A program made the position numbers and the translations under genes. The notes beneath the pieces were generated by a model. The model did no database searches, was not told the origin of the DNA, and was given only the letters and a program-made list of their open reading frames with translations. A stretch of 64,000 bases of DNA from Raillietiella orientalis (lineage: Eukaryota), in assembly GCA_036172245.1 (NCBI GenBank), contig JAYWIR010000029.1, forward strand, positions 2,790,001 through 2,854,000, written 5' to 3'. Below, in pieces: positions 26,501 to 38,020 of the stretch (the first letter of the stretch is position 1; the number at the start of each line of letters is the position of its first letter).

Positions 26501-27210
26501 TCGCGCTCGAGGTTGCCTCATGGCGAAGCCTGAACACAAAAATCTGGTTGTGCTTTTATGTGCCTTGAGCATCTGGCGACCGTACATCCAGGTCGACAAA
26601 GCCGAAAGCCAAGTTACTTCCGTAAAGTTCCATTTTCATCCTTCTCGCAACGATGCTGCCTAGCAAGATCATGACTAACCACCTGCTTGCAAAGTGGTTC
26701 CAGGGGGACTCTACTAGCCGAAGCGGTTCCGAAGGGACTTTTTTGGAGCGCTGAACACCAGACCGTGCAGTGCACGGTCGCTGCTGCTTCCTCGTTTATG
26801 CCCTCTTATCCTCAGCCATCCAGAGTCATTCCGATCTCAACTGGCATCTAAATTTCATCTCAGTGGGTACCATCTGAAAACCCGCTTCCAGATGGCATGA
26901 CTTTTTCAAAATATACATTCTCCCTGTACCAACTGCGGATCCCATTTTAAGAGCGAGAGGCCACACCTCACCGTCCCTCTTGAGAACAGACCCATCTTTA
27001 TTCTCGATTTCCAACATGAAACTCTTTGACTCTTCGGGCTGCCGATCGGTTCCCACACTTGCCTATCTCAGGTTCTGCTCTTCTGCATCTTTTCTTTGAT
27101 CCGTTAATGGATGTCTCCATTCGAACTCCGGTCACCTCGGAGATAGTAGGTAACTGCAAAGAATGAAGCTCTTCTTTTCATCCCGCCTCTCCTGCATGTG
27201 TAACATGTGA

Positions 27211-27925
27211 CAGATGGTGAACCGTGCCTGGACAAGACGTAGCCAGGGGCGACTCTGATGGAGGTCCAAAGAGTCTGAAAAGGCCATGAGAACTGGATGT
27301 GGGACGGAAGATGAATGGAATCATCTGATAGCTGGTCTCCTTCGGGACAGCTAGCGCTCGTCGAAGCAGAAGGGGTATAGGGAGTCCCATCGGGTGAAAC
27401 GAATGATCAGAAAAGCCTTGGGACCGAAATGACCTTGAGCTGTTTAAAATGGGTATGGAATCCGGCTTCTTCTAGAGCTGAAGCTCAGACGAGCATCGAC
27501 TTCTCCCAGTGGTTCTTTGGTAACCAGGATGAACCAAACACGTTGGGTTATGGCTCCCGATGCGATGCTCATCAGCTCCCATGAGAGGTGTCGGTTGTTA
27601 TGGGCAGCAGGACAGTGGCCGTGGAAGTCGGAATCCGGCAAGGAGTGCGTAGCCACAGCCTGCCGAGGCAACCGTTCCTGCCGATGGGCGGCGTCGAAAA
27701 ATCAAAAGCGCTCCCAACTGCCCAACCGAGCCCCATCACTACTCTGAAGTTCCGCAGTCAGGGGAAGGGGAACAGCGTAAGACGCTTCGGAGGGTGTATG
27801 GGTAACGGCGGCGCAAATGCAGCAGAGTGGTCTGGGAGCGACTTCCCAGACCACCCTGCTGCACGGGCACCATTCGGCAGCAGACCTCGCCTCCGCTGGA
27901 GCAGAACTTGGTGGCAGACACTCTA
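27211..27925 (+). pseudogene. Degenerate 28S rRNA fragment
   Basis: Collinear blocks matching conserved LSU rRNA: AGATGGTGAACCGTGCCTGG, CATCTGATAGCTGG, GAATGATCAG, GGATGAACCAAAC, GCTCATCAG, CAGCAGGACAGTGGCCGTGGAAGTCGGAATCCG..AAGGAGTGCGTA, GCAGAACTTGGTGG; many substitutions and deletions. Confidence 0.9.
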
Positions 27926-28059
27926 GCGGGGATCCTGGAGGTCTGACGTTCAGGAGGGTTGACGCCAGCTATGACGCCAGCTTCTGAGAATAATTCAGTC
28001 TGCTCCAAGTTCAGGCTGCAGAGTGTTCGAGACAGAGTGTTCACGATGTGACGTCAAGA

Positions 28060-28560
28060 TGCTTGTCATTGGCGTTTTCTTCTTCTTCTTCTCAACTCTA
28101 TAGTCCTCGTGGCCGTAGGGACTTTCACAACAAACCCGTCAGCTGCTGGGAGGAGTCCTCGGCAGCCGGTCGATGATCTCGACTTCTCCGTGAGAGGACA
28201 GATCCTTCTGGTTGTGGACCATGAACTTACGGTGCCTCTTTCCGCGGACAGTAGACGGAGAAGGCGTGCAGACACATTAGCACGGAGCCTGAGCTCGAGG
28301 TGACCAGCATCGCATTCGTCTTCCCCGTCGCCAGGGCATTCTGAAAGTATCTCAGAGAGTGTCCGCGCGTTCCATTCCCCTTTCACCATTCGGTTAAAAC
28401 AGCCTCTTCGTTGTGCGGTTGTCCGGTTCCCGGAAGTTCTTGTGCTGAGGGAATTCTCGTTTTGGATGGGGAGTTGCTTTCGGTAGGCGGGCTCCGTCCC
28501 TCTCTGGGAAGGCGCGGACACTAGCGTCGCGCCGCCCAAGACCGGGGGAGATCGCCTCAC
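28060..28560 (-). mobile_element. Possible RTE-like LINE 5' region
   Basis: 'MVKGEWNARTL' resembles the RTE endonuclease N-terminal motif xxGTWNVRTL. Confidence 0.3.
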
Positions 28561-30279
28561 GGTCGACTGTAAAAGGCACTGCCACCTTGTTTCTTGACCC
28601 CTCTTGGGATTTGATCCCTGGTCCACGGATTCACTCTTATCTGACCTCTGGGCTATCCCGCTTTCATCTGGTATTCCTCGGATGGTTTACTCTGATCTTC
28701 CTTCAACGTATCGGGTTTGGCCCTTCCTGGCTTCCCTCCGGTGTCGAGTTTGGTCCGCTCTGGTCCTGCGTCGGCTTTCGTCCGGTGCCTTGGCGGATTG
28801 GTCAATTCCCCTCTTCTGGGTCTTCGAGGTCAGCCTTCCCTGACTTCCGTCCGATTCCGAGACTGATCGCTCACGGCTTTCGTCGTCGAGGCTGGCCTGC
28901 TTTGACCTCGGCTCCCTCCCTCAGTCTCGGATTTTCCGGGAGATTCACCTTATGAGAGGTCGCAGATGCTTTCTTCCCAGCTATCCGAACACCCTGACAG
29001 CAGTTCAAATCCTGGAGCAGCGGGGATGTGAAGTTTCCGAATGGATGCTCGTCTTCACTTGAAACAGCGGTCCCTGCTTTAGCGAGAGAGAGGATGCCTG
29101 TCCGAAGGACAAATCTCCCTTTGAAAATGGAGCCATCGGGAACCTGGGGATACGGGAGCAGCTCGGATGAGTGAGGCAGCAAAGGCCGAGGAGCGCCCAT
29201 GCGTGCTCTTTGGCCATCATCCTGAGGACAGCTCATGAGACGAGCACCTCCAAGGGCTCCTGTGAGCCTCCACATGGATGGAGAGGAAAGGAATCAGATC
29301 CCGGTTTCCCACCGCGGACACTCTTGACCCTTTCCTGGCCAGCTTTCTCCCCGGGTCCCTGCTTAGTGGATTCTTTCCCTTCCTTCCCCCGCTTCCACGA
29401 CGCTGGAAGGAGGAGAGACGGAACCCTCATCAGGGATCCTCATTTTTCGCGGAGGTTCAACCTGTGCGTCTTCCCGAGGCTCAGGGCTTCCTCACTAAGG
29501 TCCTCTCCTACCCTGAAGGCGAGCGTGACTGCCTCAGATGAGGAATCCCTGCTTTGGTCCGTTCTCCACACAAGGGAGAAGGGAAAAGGGCTCTGGCTCT
29601 TTTCGTCTGCGATTCCCCGGAGCGCCATCGAAGCTCCGAGGTCGTGTTCGTCGGATTTCTTCTTTGTGTGGAGTCTCCTCGCATGCCGGTGGCTTCTTTG
29701 CAGAGGCCAGCGTCATCTTGGAGCACCAGTGCGGTTCGGGAGGAAGAAGTCAAGGATCAGATCTAGTCTGCGGAATGTGAGCTGAACTTGGCTCCTGAGA
29801 AACCAGGATGTAGGATTCCTTGTCAGTTAAAAGGATTCGAGATCGCACGAAAAAATGCGTGGGTATTGCTTCTTACAGCTTCTGCGGTTTCCCGAAACGT
29901 CCAGCTTCTCTCCCTCAGCTGTCAGAGGGATGTGGACGTCGCCTGTGGAGGCGACGGCTTTGCCAAAAAGGATCACATTATCCCTGTAAAGATTCCTAGT
30001 CCTTGATACTGTGATCCCTCCGCTCGTGTGAGTTCTTGTCATTCCCAGCCCTTGCAGGACGCCGATCATTCCTGGAACGACAGGATCCCGGAGACTCTAC
30101 AATGGGGAAGCGGGCTGCAGCTTGGGTTTCTGAGGTTCAAAGGGGAAGAGCTTAGTTCAAGTGTTTCTTCTTCCTCTGACCTTCTTGAACCCTGCTTTGA
30201 AGATGCTGGTTTTCCAGTAGGCGGCTCATGTGGCTCAGTGGGACGATGCAGTTCCGCCTTTCTGTTTACCAGCCGCAGG

Positions 30280-31080
30280 GTCGCGGAAACACCATACGCT
30301 GGTTGGACCACGAGCCAGCTCACAGGCTCTGCTACCCCAAGTGCTCCGCTGAAAGGACTATTGCGCTGGGGCAAGCTGCTGGGAATCCCACAGGAAGACC
30401 TCGACGTGGCAGGAGTCGTCACTTCTACTGTTGCACTGGGGTCTCCCGTGCAACGCCCGCTTGTCTCACTGGACCTGGGAGGCCTTAAACCTTAACTGTT
30501 GCAGTTGTGAGAAACGGGGATCCCAGTTTCCCCACCTGCTTGTAGGCTGTGTTGCCCTCCTGTCCCTGTGGTTGCGTTACTGCAACGGCCCTTATTGCAC
30601 CAACGGACAATCCAGGGACACAATGAAGTACCTTTTCGTGCGCTATGTCCTTCCGCCTGCCGCATCCTTAGCAGCTCTTTGCTGCCTACGTGGGATTGTG
30701 GTTGTCTGCAGTTATGCGAGAGGAGGACGGCGCGATAGGGACACCATATGCTTCGCCCTGAGCTTCCTGCGGACGGTAGCGAGATGGTCTCAACTGGGGA
30801 TACTCGGATGGAACTTTCCCGCACTCTGGAAAGGATGCAGAGGACGCCCTCCAGCGGGCAGTGATCCTTTTCCTAACCTTCCCAATTTTTTGCATGCATT
30901 TTTTTGTTTTATCTTTATTTCTGTTTGCTCCCTCCTCCTCCGCTGCCGAAGAGAAACTCTCTGACTTGCGTGCCGGTTACTCGTCAGGTTCTGAGCATTT
31001 TCGGACAATATAGGGTCGATGGCTCTACACATGTCTGTTTATTTTTTATAATAAACGTCCCGGTGTGACCAGGTGATAAA
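30280..31080 (+). mobile_element. Tx1/L1-like LINE 3' end
   Basis: 'LHWGLPCNARL...CCSCEKRGSQFPHLLVGCVALLSLW' (zf-RVT CCHC), T-rich UTR, then AATAAACGTCCCGGTGTGACCAGG. Confidence 0.75.
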
Positions 31081-31149
31081 CCATGCACTTTCTTGATTAC
31101 TGTCCAGGATCTCTCGTCGTCTCAGCGCCGCTCGATCGAACTGCTGCCC

Positions 31150-32370
31150 TTCTGTTGAGGAGCTGGAGGTGCCGCACGCGTGATTGAGAGCGTGCAGCAT
31201 CCTCATCAATCACTGGGGGCTGTCAAAGAGCCACAGGAGTGGCTGTGTCGCTTCCGGATCCCAACCGAAGCAACAAGAGAAACGGTTCCTCAAAGTTTCC
31301 GGACGAGCTTCTTCTGGTCGCGTTCTTCCTTGTCCTCAAGGTCTTTTCTTTTTCCTCGTTGCCTTCTGCAGCAGGAGTTTTCCCTCCAGCGTCGTCCATC
31401 CGGGTCCTTCAGTCAAAGAATCGCTCGCCCTACTTCACATTCCACCTCTTCCCTGAGAAAGCGTAGGCCAGGAAGCACGATTCCTCTTTGTCAAAGGACG
31501 TCCCAAAAACATTGACCATCGTCGTCCTTCCATAACCTGCCTTCCTGCTATCCCGAATGCCTACGAGAAGACGAGACTGGAGCTGCGAGTGTTGCCGCGG
31601 TCCACGAGCGCTCGGGCGATTGTTGCGATTCCTCTCCTGAAACCACAGTGGCGATCCGTCCACATGTTTCTGAACTCTTAGCGAAGATCGGAAAGTTGGA
31701 GCTCTGAGGCGAGCAGTCTTAACCCCGGGCGGAAATGGTCCTCTTCCGATTAGATTCCGTCTTGTCCGGAGGGCAAACGAGGGCCAAAGTTCTCCAAACG
31801 AGGCGACGAATGAGAAAAACCCGGGACACGATTTCCGTTCCCAGCGTCACACCAAGTGCTGGACGGAGAGAGGAGAAAGGCAGCTCTTCCCTTATGGCCT
31901 CTGATGGAACTTGGCTGCAGCCGTGGGAAGAAGCGTGGCTATAGGGATCATGAAAGCCTCGAAAAGCGTCTGGTGCTGTATCTCAGGCGCCAAGTTCGAG
32001 GAAGCGGTTTTCCTCCTTCGGAAGACGACGGTATCGGGGAGAAAGACGAGGAAGGCAAGGCCGAGGAAGTGTACTGACTCCCGATGGCGAATTTCGTCCG
32101 CGGAGTACGGAATCCACGACGCATATGCATCGTAGCGTGCCTCGCCTCGAGATGGCGCTACCCGCCGGGTTCGCACCGCGGAGAATGGCACACAGCGACA
32201 TCTTCCCGCAAGGACGGGACCCTTTCCCAAATCTACCTGGAGCTCGTACCTCTCATCTCAGACTCCAGAAATTCGCGTCCCTTCTGGGGTGGAGCAGCAT
32301 AGCGACACGATATCATTCGCGGTCTGCGGCGCGACGTGGGGAATGTGGAAAGGAAAAGTGTTCGTGCATT
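31150..32370 (-). mobile_element. Decayed L1/Tx1-like AP-endonuclease and linker region
   Basis: Collinear degenerate motifs 'DIVSL', 'CAIL', 'DAFRGFHDP', 'QSRL', 'WNVK'. Confidence 0.4.
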
Positions 32371-32479
32371 TCAATTTGGATGCAGCGGCAACAGGAGCAG
32401 AGAGAAATATGATGGAAATCCTTTTGGGGTTCTTCTGTTGCCTTCCAGCTTTTCCCTTTTTCTGGTTTTCTTTTTTTGG

Positions 32480-33290
32480 CTCTCTAAGTGCTGAAGAACA
32501 GTTCGCCAAATTACAGGGTGCCCACGAAGCTCTTTAACGCTGAAGAATCCGCTCCACCAGAGGGTGCGCGTAATTCTTCTTCGAGTTATAGAGAGCATTC
32601 CGGGAGGGGGATCACCCTATGAAACCAGAAAGGCTCCGAAAGAAGGAGTCCTTTCCTCTGAGGGGCTACACAGTCCACAGTCCTAACACAGTCCCCTATT
32701 AGGTATGGGAGAGATTCCCGTTCCCCGCATTCTGCGACAGTCCGGGCTCGCCCTCTCCAGCGTCCAGTGATGTCGGCGTGCACTGCAAGGAAGAACCCAG
32801 CTTAACAGCAGCAGAAGTGCCAGCCCCTGCCACTCCATGAGGAGAGCGTTGCTGTTCCTGAGCACTGGGAGGCACTCCAGTTCTCCTTTAGGAATACCCG
32901 GCAGCTCGTCCCAGCGCTGTAGTCCTCGTGGATGGGCACTCGGGGTCGCTGCCCCAGGCATGGTTGGTTGGTTGTCTCCGAAGGGAACCTTGAATGGAAC
33001 CTCTTCATTATTCTATCCGGAGGGACTTCCGGAGGTGGCCACTCCTCTTCTCCGAAGGGAACCAGGAAAGGCTACACTCCTTGTTCCCTCCTCGGAAAAA
33101 AAACCACGAAGGGACGCTCCCAAGGTTCCCTGGAAGGAGACTCCCGAAGGAAACAGTGCACTTCTTGACACTCCCGAGAGGCAAACGCCGAGGAAGGTAT
33201 CAACCAGCTTCATGGTACCTCCTCTCCCTCTTCGCAGCCGGAGGGGAACCCCGAAGGGAACCAGCGCTCCTTGGTTTGTGGAAAAAACCT
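32480..33290 (-). mobile_element. SINE-like element copy D (no clear head), interrupted by a LINE fragment
   Basis: 32500-32665 is the reverse complement of the family 3' end with an A-rich tail; 32976-33290 matches the body. Confidence 0.75.
32666..32975 (-). mobile_element. Internal Tx1-like fragment nested in SINE copy D
   Basis: Encodes 'AECGERESLPYLIGDCV'; nucleotide similarity to 30300-30560 and 58000-58290. Confidence 0.7.
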
Positions 33291-33419
33291 CGGAGGAGGA
33301 AAGTCTCCACGGATCTCTTGAAGACTTTCCTTCTGTTGAGGACGAGGAATAAGAGAATCCTCGGCAACCGACGAACGGACGTGAAGACGCTGCGTTCCCA
33401 GACCACAGTCGAGGGGATT

Positions 33420-34930
33420 AGGGGAGTCATCCGGGAAGCTTCGCTCCCTCGCTTCAAGAGCTCTTCCACCTAGTTGGCCCACGGAAGCTTTTGCCTAGCA
33501 CCGGAGTGGAGCAAACGGGGTTCTGCTGCACGGGTAGAATGACCCTCGGCCCTGCTGACTGCCGAGCACTACCGCTGCTCCACTTTCTAGCCAGTGTCGC
33601 TTGAAGAGTGCTAGGAAACTGGGCATTTGTGGCTCCCCAGGAATCTTCGAGAGCCAAGAGGTGCCCCTTCCTAATCTCTCGGTTCCAGGACGTGGTTTCC
33701 GTATTGGAGAGAAAGGATAAGCGGGAGCTACGGCATCAAAGCATTTTTGCCTCGTGGGCACCACTTCCCCTTCAAGGTTTCCTGCCAAAAGCTTCAGACG
33801 GGTTTTCCGGTTCCTCCGGGACGTCCATCCCACCCCACCACCCGCTGCTCACAGAACGGCATTCCTCCGGATCGCGCGAGTAAGCAAAGGGCAGGAACAA
33901 CGGACCGGAGAGTTTCTTCCGGACCAGATGATTTTTTATTTATTCTTTTATTTTCTTTTTGTTTTCTCCCAGTCCCTTTCCGGGAGCTAGAAGACGGGAA
34001 ATCATGGGGCCGCAGGAGCAGGGACATTCTCGATTTCTTCTTTCCTTGGGACCGGCCGGAAGTGGAAGTCGGTCCTCCAAAGTGCTTCCAGGGATCAAGG
34101 AGCTGTCCATCGAGTACCATGAACCCGGTTTATACCCCCCTCTGAGGGTCGCCTCTTACAAGGTGATCCGCAGTCCTAGATTTTCCTGCCCTCACATTAA
34201 CCCTCGGGGCACGGCGGCGATCCGTCTGGAGTCCGTCTTCCTCCCGCGCACGTGCCAACTTCAGCAGGACAGCCCTCGAGTTTGCTACCCTTCCTCATCT
34301 TCCTCAATCCTGGAACCTATCAAAGATCCGGGGGATGCTGGAGGGGGGGGGGGCAGTCCTGGCAGAGTGAGGGGAACGGGAATCCCTCCCACACCTGATA
34401 GGGGACTGTGTTGCCCTCCGGCCCCCATGAGAACGTTTTGGAACGACCCTTTCGATCCCAGCTGGCAACTCCAGGGACGTTTTACGGCTCCTCTTTGTGC
34501 GGGACGCCCTGCGGCCAGCCGCAGCTCAAGCAGCACTATGCAGCATTTGCGGGATTGCGGCGGCCTGGAGCAAAACCGACAGGGGGGAACGCCGTCCAGA
34601 GCGCAGTTCGCTTTCTGCGGATGGCGTCCGGATGGCCCCAATCGGGACCTATTCGGATGGACCCAGCTGGCATCCTGGAAAGGATGCAGACTCCCTCCAG
34701 TGGGACAGTGGTCCCTTCCTGACCCTCCCAAAGATTTTTATTTATTCTTTTATTTTCTTTTTGTTTTCTCCCAGTCCCTTTCGCTGCCGAGGTGACCCCT
34801 GCCGGTCTGTGCACCGGCGACCCGGCAGGTCCAAGGACAAACGGAGTGTGGTGGGAAGGACCACGTGTCCTGACGCAATTTATAAGTTTCTTTTCAATTT
34901 TAAAAAACGCCCCGGCGTGTCCGGGTGGAA
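33420..34930 (+). mobile_element. Tx1/L1-like LINE 3' portion
   Basis: 'GERESLPHLIGDCVALRP' at about 34371-34424; 3'UTR homologous to 30830-31080; terminal CGCCCCGGCGTGTCCGGG. The 5' boundary is uncertain. Confidence 0.7.
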
Positions 34931-35610
34931 ATCGAAGGTTCCTGGGATCGGGTTTGTTTACATGTTTGTTAAAAGCAGGATGCACGGGAACGCCGTGCCG
35001 CGACTGTTCTCTGGAGACTGAGCTTCCGGCACGATTGTTGCGAGCGGAAGTGGGGAGAAGGTGCAGCCCGCGGGAGGGCATCCCACTACAAGACTTTCCT
35101 CTCAAAGGAAGTCTTTCACACAAGTGCGGATTCACTCCCGCTTAGGTCAATGGCTCGATAACGGACAGGTCTGCAGGGCAAGTCTCACCACTGCACGGGG
35201 AAATCTTCTGTCCATCCCGTCCATCTCGGAGCAAGGCCACCTTCTAGATCTGTGGGTAGTCGCGACAACTTCCAGGAGGGGCACCCGTCGCGACCCTAAG
35301 CATTCTCGCCAACACGGTCGTCGCGTGGACACCTCCAGGTCTCTCTTGAGGTGGGTGAGAGAACTCTGCAAGCGATGGACCATAGGGCGTCTTCAGCGGC
35401 AATCTGAGCTACAGAAGAAAAGAGCCTCTTCTCGTTCCGAGGACTGGAGGTTGTGTCTCTGTCGGGATGCTTTCCTTCCTGTCCGGAGCAAGGACGCGTC
35501 AGGTACTAACGTGCAAGAAGAAAATCGCGCTCATTATACGGAGCAGGTCCCCCCTTCTTAGGGATATCGTACGGCCGTGGATTACCATGGTGAATTCGCT
35601 TCCTGCCTTG

Positions 35611-35890
35611 CGTTGACGGCCGAGTGGCTGCGGTCCGTGCGCGCTACCCAGCGTTGAAGGTTCGAATCCCGACGTGAGGAATCGACGTCGGGAAATGGGT
35701 ACGTCGTGAGTTCCAGTTCCCGCCGCAAGATGACGCTGGTTCGGCCATGGGCTTCGCTCGCGGCACTGCTGGAAGCCGGAAATCCCTGAACGGCCCGTTG
35801 ACTGACCGGGATTGCCTCCAGGGTCCTTCCAAGAATCGAGGAGTCCTTCGAGGCTCCCCTCCGGTTGTGAAGAGGGAGCTGCACCAAGAA
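35611..35890 (+). mobile_element. SINE-like element copy B (5' part only)
   Basis: CGTTGACGGCCGAGTGGCTGCGGTC..GGTTCGAATCCC head plus first ~200 nt of the body. Confidence 0.75.
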
Positions 35891-35904
35891 TCTGGTGCAG
35901 CCCG

Positions 35905-37085
35905 CGTCGGAGGCCTTGTGGTTAAGGCTTCCGGGTGTGGCACCATGCGTCGCGGGTTCGAATACTTCGGCAGAAACTCTGACGGCACTGCGTCGTCGAG
36001 TTCCGAGTTTCTCCTGCAATGGCGCTGGTTGGCCGAGACATTCGGGCGTGGCACCGGAGGTGGATTAAGCCAGAGGCCCCCGATGAAGGCCGGAACAATG
36101 GAAAATTGACCTTCGGGTCTTCCCAGGAATAAAGGAGTGGGGATTTCCCCTCCGGTCGTACAACGGAGAGCGGAACCCTCCCCCCCAGGGACCCCTCCGG
36201 TTTCAAGATGGAGAAGGAGCCCTCACGGGCACCTCTCCAGTTGTTCAAAGGAGCGGACACTCCCCGTTGCGGGGGGGGACCTCCGAGTCGTCGCCTCTTC
36301 ACAGAGTGCACAAGGAAGCAAGCGAGAGCGATTCCCTGCGGGAAGCTACAGCGCCCCTTCTGAGTTTCGGAAGCGTCCCTTCGGGGTTCTCTTCAGAGGA
36401 GTGAACAAGGAGTGGTTCCCTTGAGGGTTCCCTCCGGAGAAGAAATTCCTACAAGCGGATCCTTTCCGGGTTCCCTTCGGAGAAGAAAAAATGGAGAGGA
36501 CCACCCTCCTCCCAGGGGGTGTCCCTCCGGAGAGAATGAGGAAGGAGATTCCCTTCGGGGTTACCCTTCGGAGACAACTAGGGTTTTTAAAGAAATAAAA
36601 AAAAAAAAAAAAAAATCTGGTCGACACCCTCTTCGGGGCTGCTTCTTCGTAGTATCAGGAAGTGAGCCGCTCCCTTCGCGAAGCTCCCTTCAGGGAAACT
36701 TGGAAGTGCCCCTCCAGATTCTCTTCAGAGGAGTGACAAGGAGCGGTTCCTTTCCGGGGGGTCCCTCAGGAGAAGAAATGAGTTCCTTCCTCCACTCTGG
36801 AGAGTCCTCCGGAAAGATCAAGGAAGAGGTTCCGTTCGGGGTTCGCTCCCAAGCGTGAGAGAGGAACGGAATCCTTTCTCCCAAGCCTTCCTGGATTCAT
36901 TGGGTGGTCCCCGAAAGGGGAATGCCCCATGAACGTTCCCTCCCAGTGGTCCCCTCCCTATAACTTGAAGGAGAGTTACTCGCACCCTCGGGTGGCGTGG
37001 GCAACGTCAAAGAGCTTCGTGAGTCCCCCGAAAGGAGGCAAACGGATCTTCGGTACTGGAAGGAAAAAAAAAAAAAAAAAAAAAA
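35905..37085 (+). mobile_element. SINE-like element copy C with internal duplication and poly(A) tail
   Basis: Head with GGTTCGAATAC; body with TTCTCTTCAGAGGAGTGA repeated at ~36387 and ~36719; family 3' end followed by an A-run at about 37064-37085. Confidence 0.8.
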
Positions 37086-37399
37086 GAAAAGAACACTGGA
37101 AAAAAAAAAAACCGTAAGCGACAGCGAGACGGAAAAGAACTCCGAAAGGTTTCCATCAGCCTTTCCACGGTGCCCGGTCGAATATTCGGGTTCCAGGGAG
37201 AGAAGGGGGAACCTGCGGTGCTCCGATCGGCTGCTGGAGCTCAAGGACACCCGTGTTCACCCCACAGTCGGTCGGCCGGCGTGTCCGCTGCCGACTTCGA
37301 GCCTTGGTTTTCGGAAAAACCGGACGCCCGAGGCCCGAGCGGGCAAGGCGGCGGCAGCTGGTGCGGAAGGAACCGAAATTCTTAAGCGATTGGGAAGGA

Positions 37400-38020
37400 T
37401 AGCGCACGAGAGCACCGGCGAAGAACGAAGTCTCTGTCTTGTCCCTGGACGTGTCTTATGGACGGCGCCCGCGTTGGCGAAGTGGATGGCTCTGAGGCCT
37501 CCTTCACGGACCATATCCGGGCGGGGCTTTCCGGTCCTCGCAGGGCTGACGGTGGTACTGGCACTTGCAATTATTGATGGCCAGCCGCAACAGTAAATGT
37601 AGTTATTAGGAGGCGTGGGTGAAGGCCCCGCATCTTTGAGGTCGTCGAGGACCTCGGCGGATTTGCAAGCTTTGGAGAGGCCCTGGAATATCCGTCTTGC
37701 TCACCTCTTTGGAGGATAGGTGAGACCACCTTGAGCAGCAGCTTATCTGCGCTGTACATATCCGAAAGGAAAAGGAGGAGGAGGAGCCTCCAACGCGAGG
37801 AGCTTGCTCTTTCTCAATCCACGGAATCGCTCGAAAGGACGGCGATGCCACCAAGACGACGGCGATGCCACCCTCCACATCACGGGAAAAGCCTCTTAAT
37901 GAAGGGTTTCCTCCACGTGACGAAATTCGAACGTCTCTATCGTCGCGTGCATTTTGTCTCAATATGATGGTCGGCGTCCGCAGGAGCCAATCAGGGGCAG
38001 CACGCCCGAACCCACGACTC
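37400..38020 (-). mobile_element. Decayed LINE AP-endonuclease remnant
   Basis: Collinear 'IETK' (QETK), 'GGIAV', 'CGAFT' (GDFN), 'DRDFVL' (RIDxxL). Confidence 0.45.

Noticed and set aside
36100..36860. Recurrent short hairpin units that might suggest a CRISPR-like array
   Set aside because: Units are degenerate and irregularly spaced with no unique spacers or cas genes; they are internal sub-repeats of the SINE-like body
36960..37050. Ribozyme-like look of the SINE 3' region (GTGAGTCC..GGCAAAC like hammerhead; GGGCAACGTCAAAGAG like pistol)
   Set aside because: The hammerhead CUGANGA/GAAA core is absent and the pistol P1 and pseudoknot pairings cannot be formed across copies; only an Infernal search could revive this
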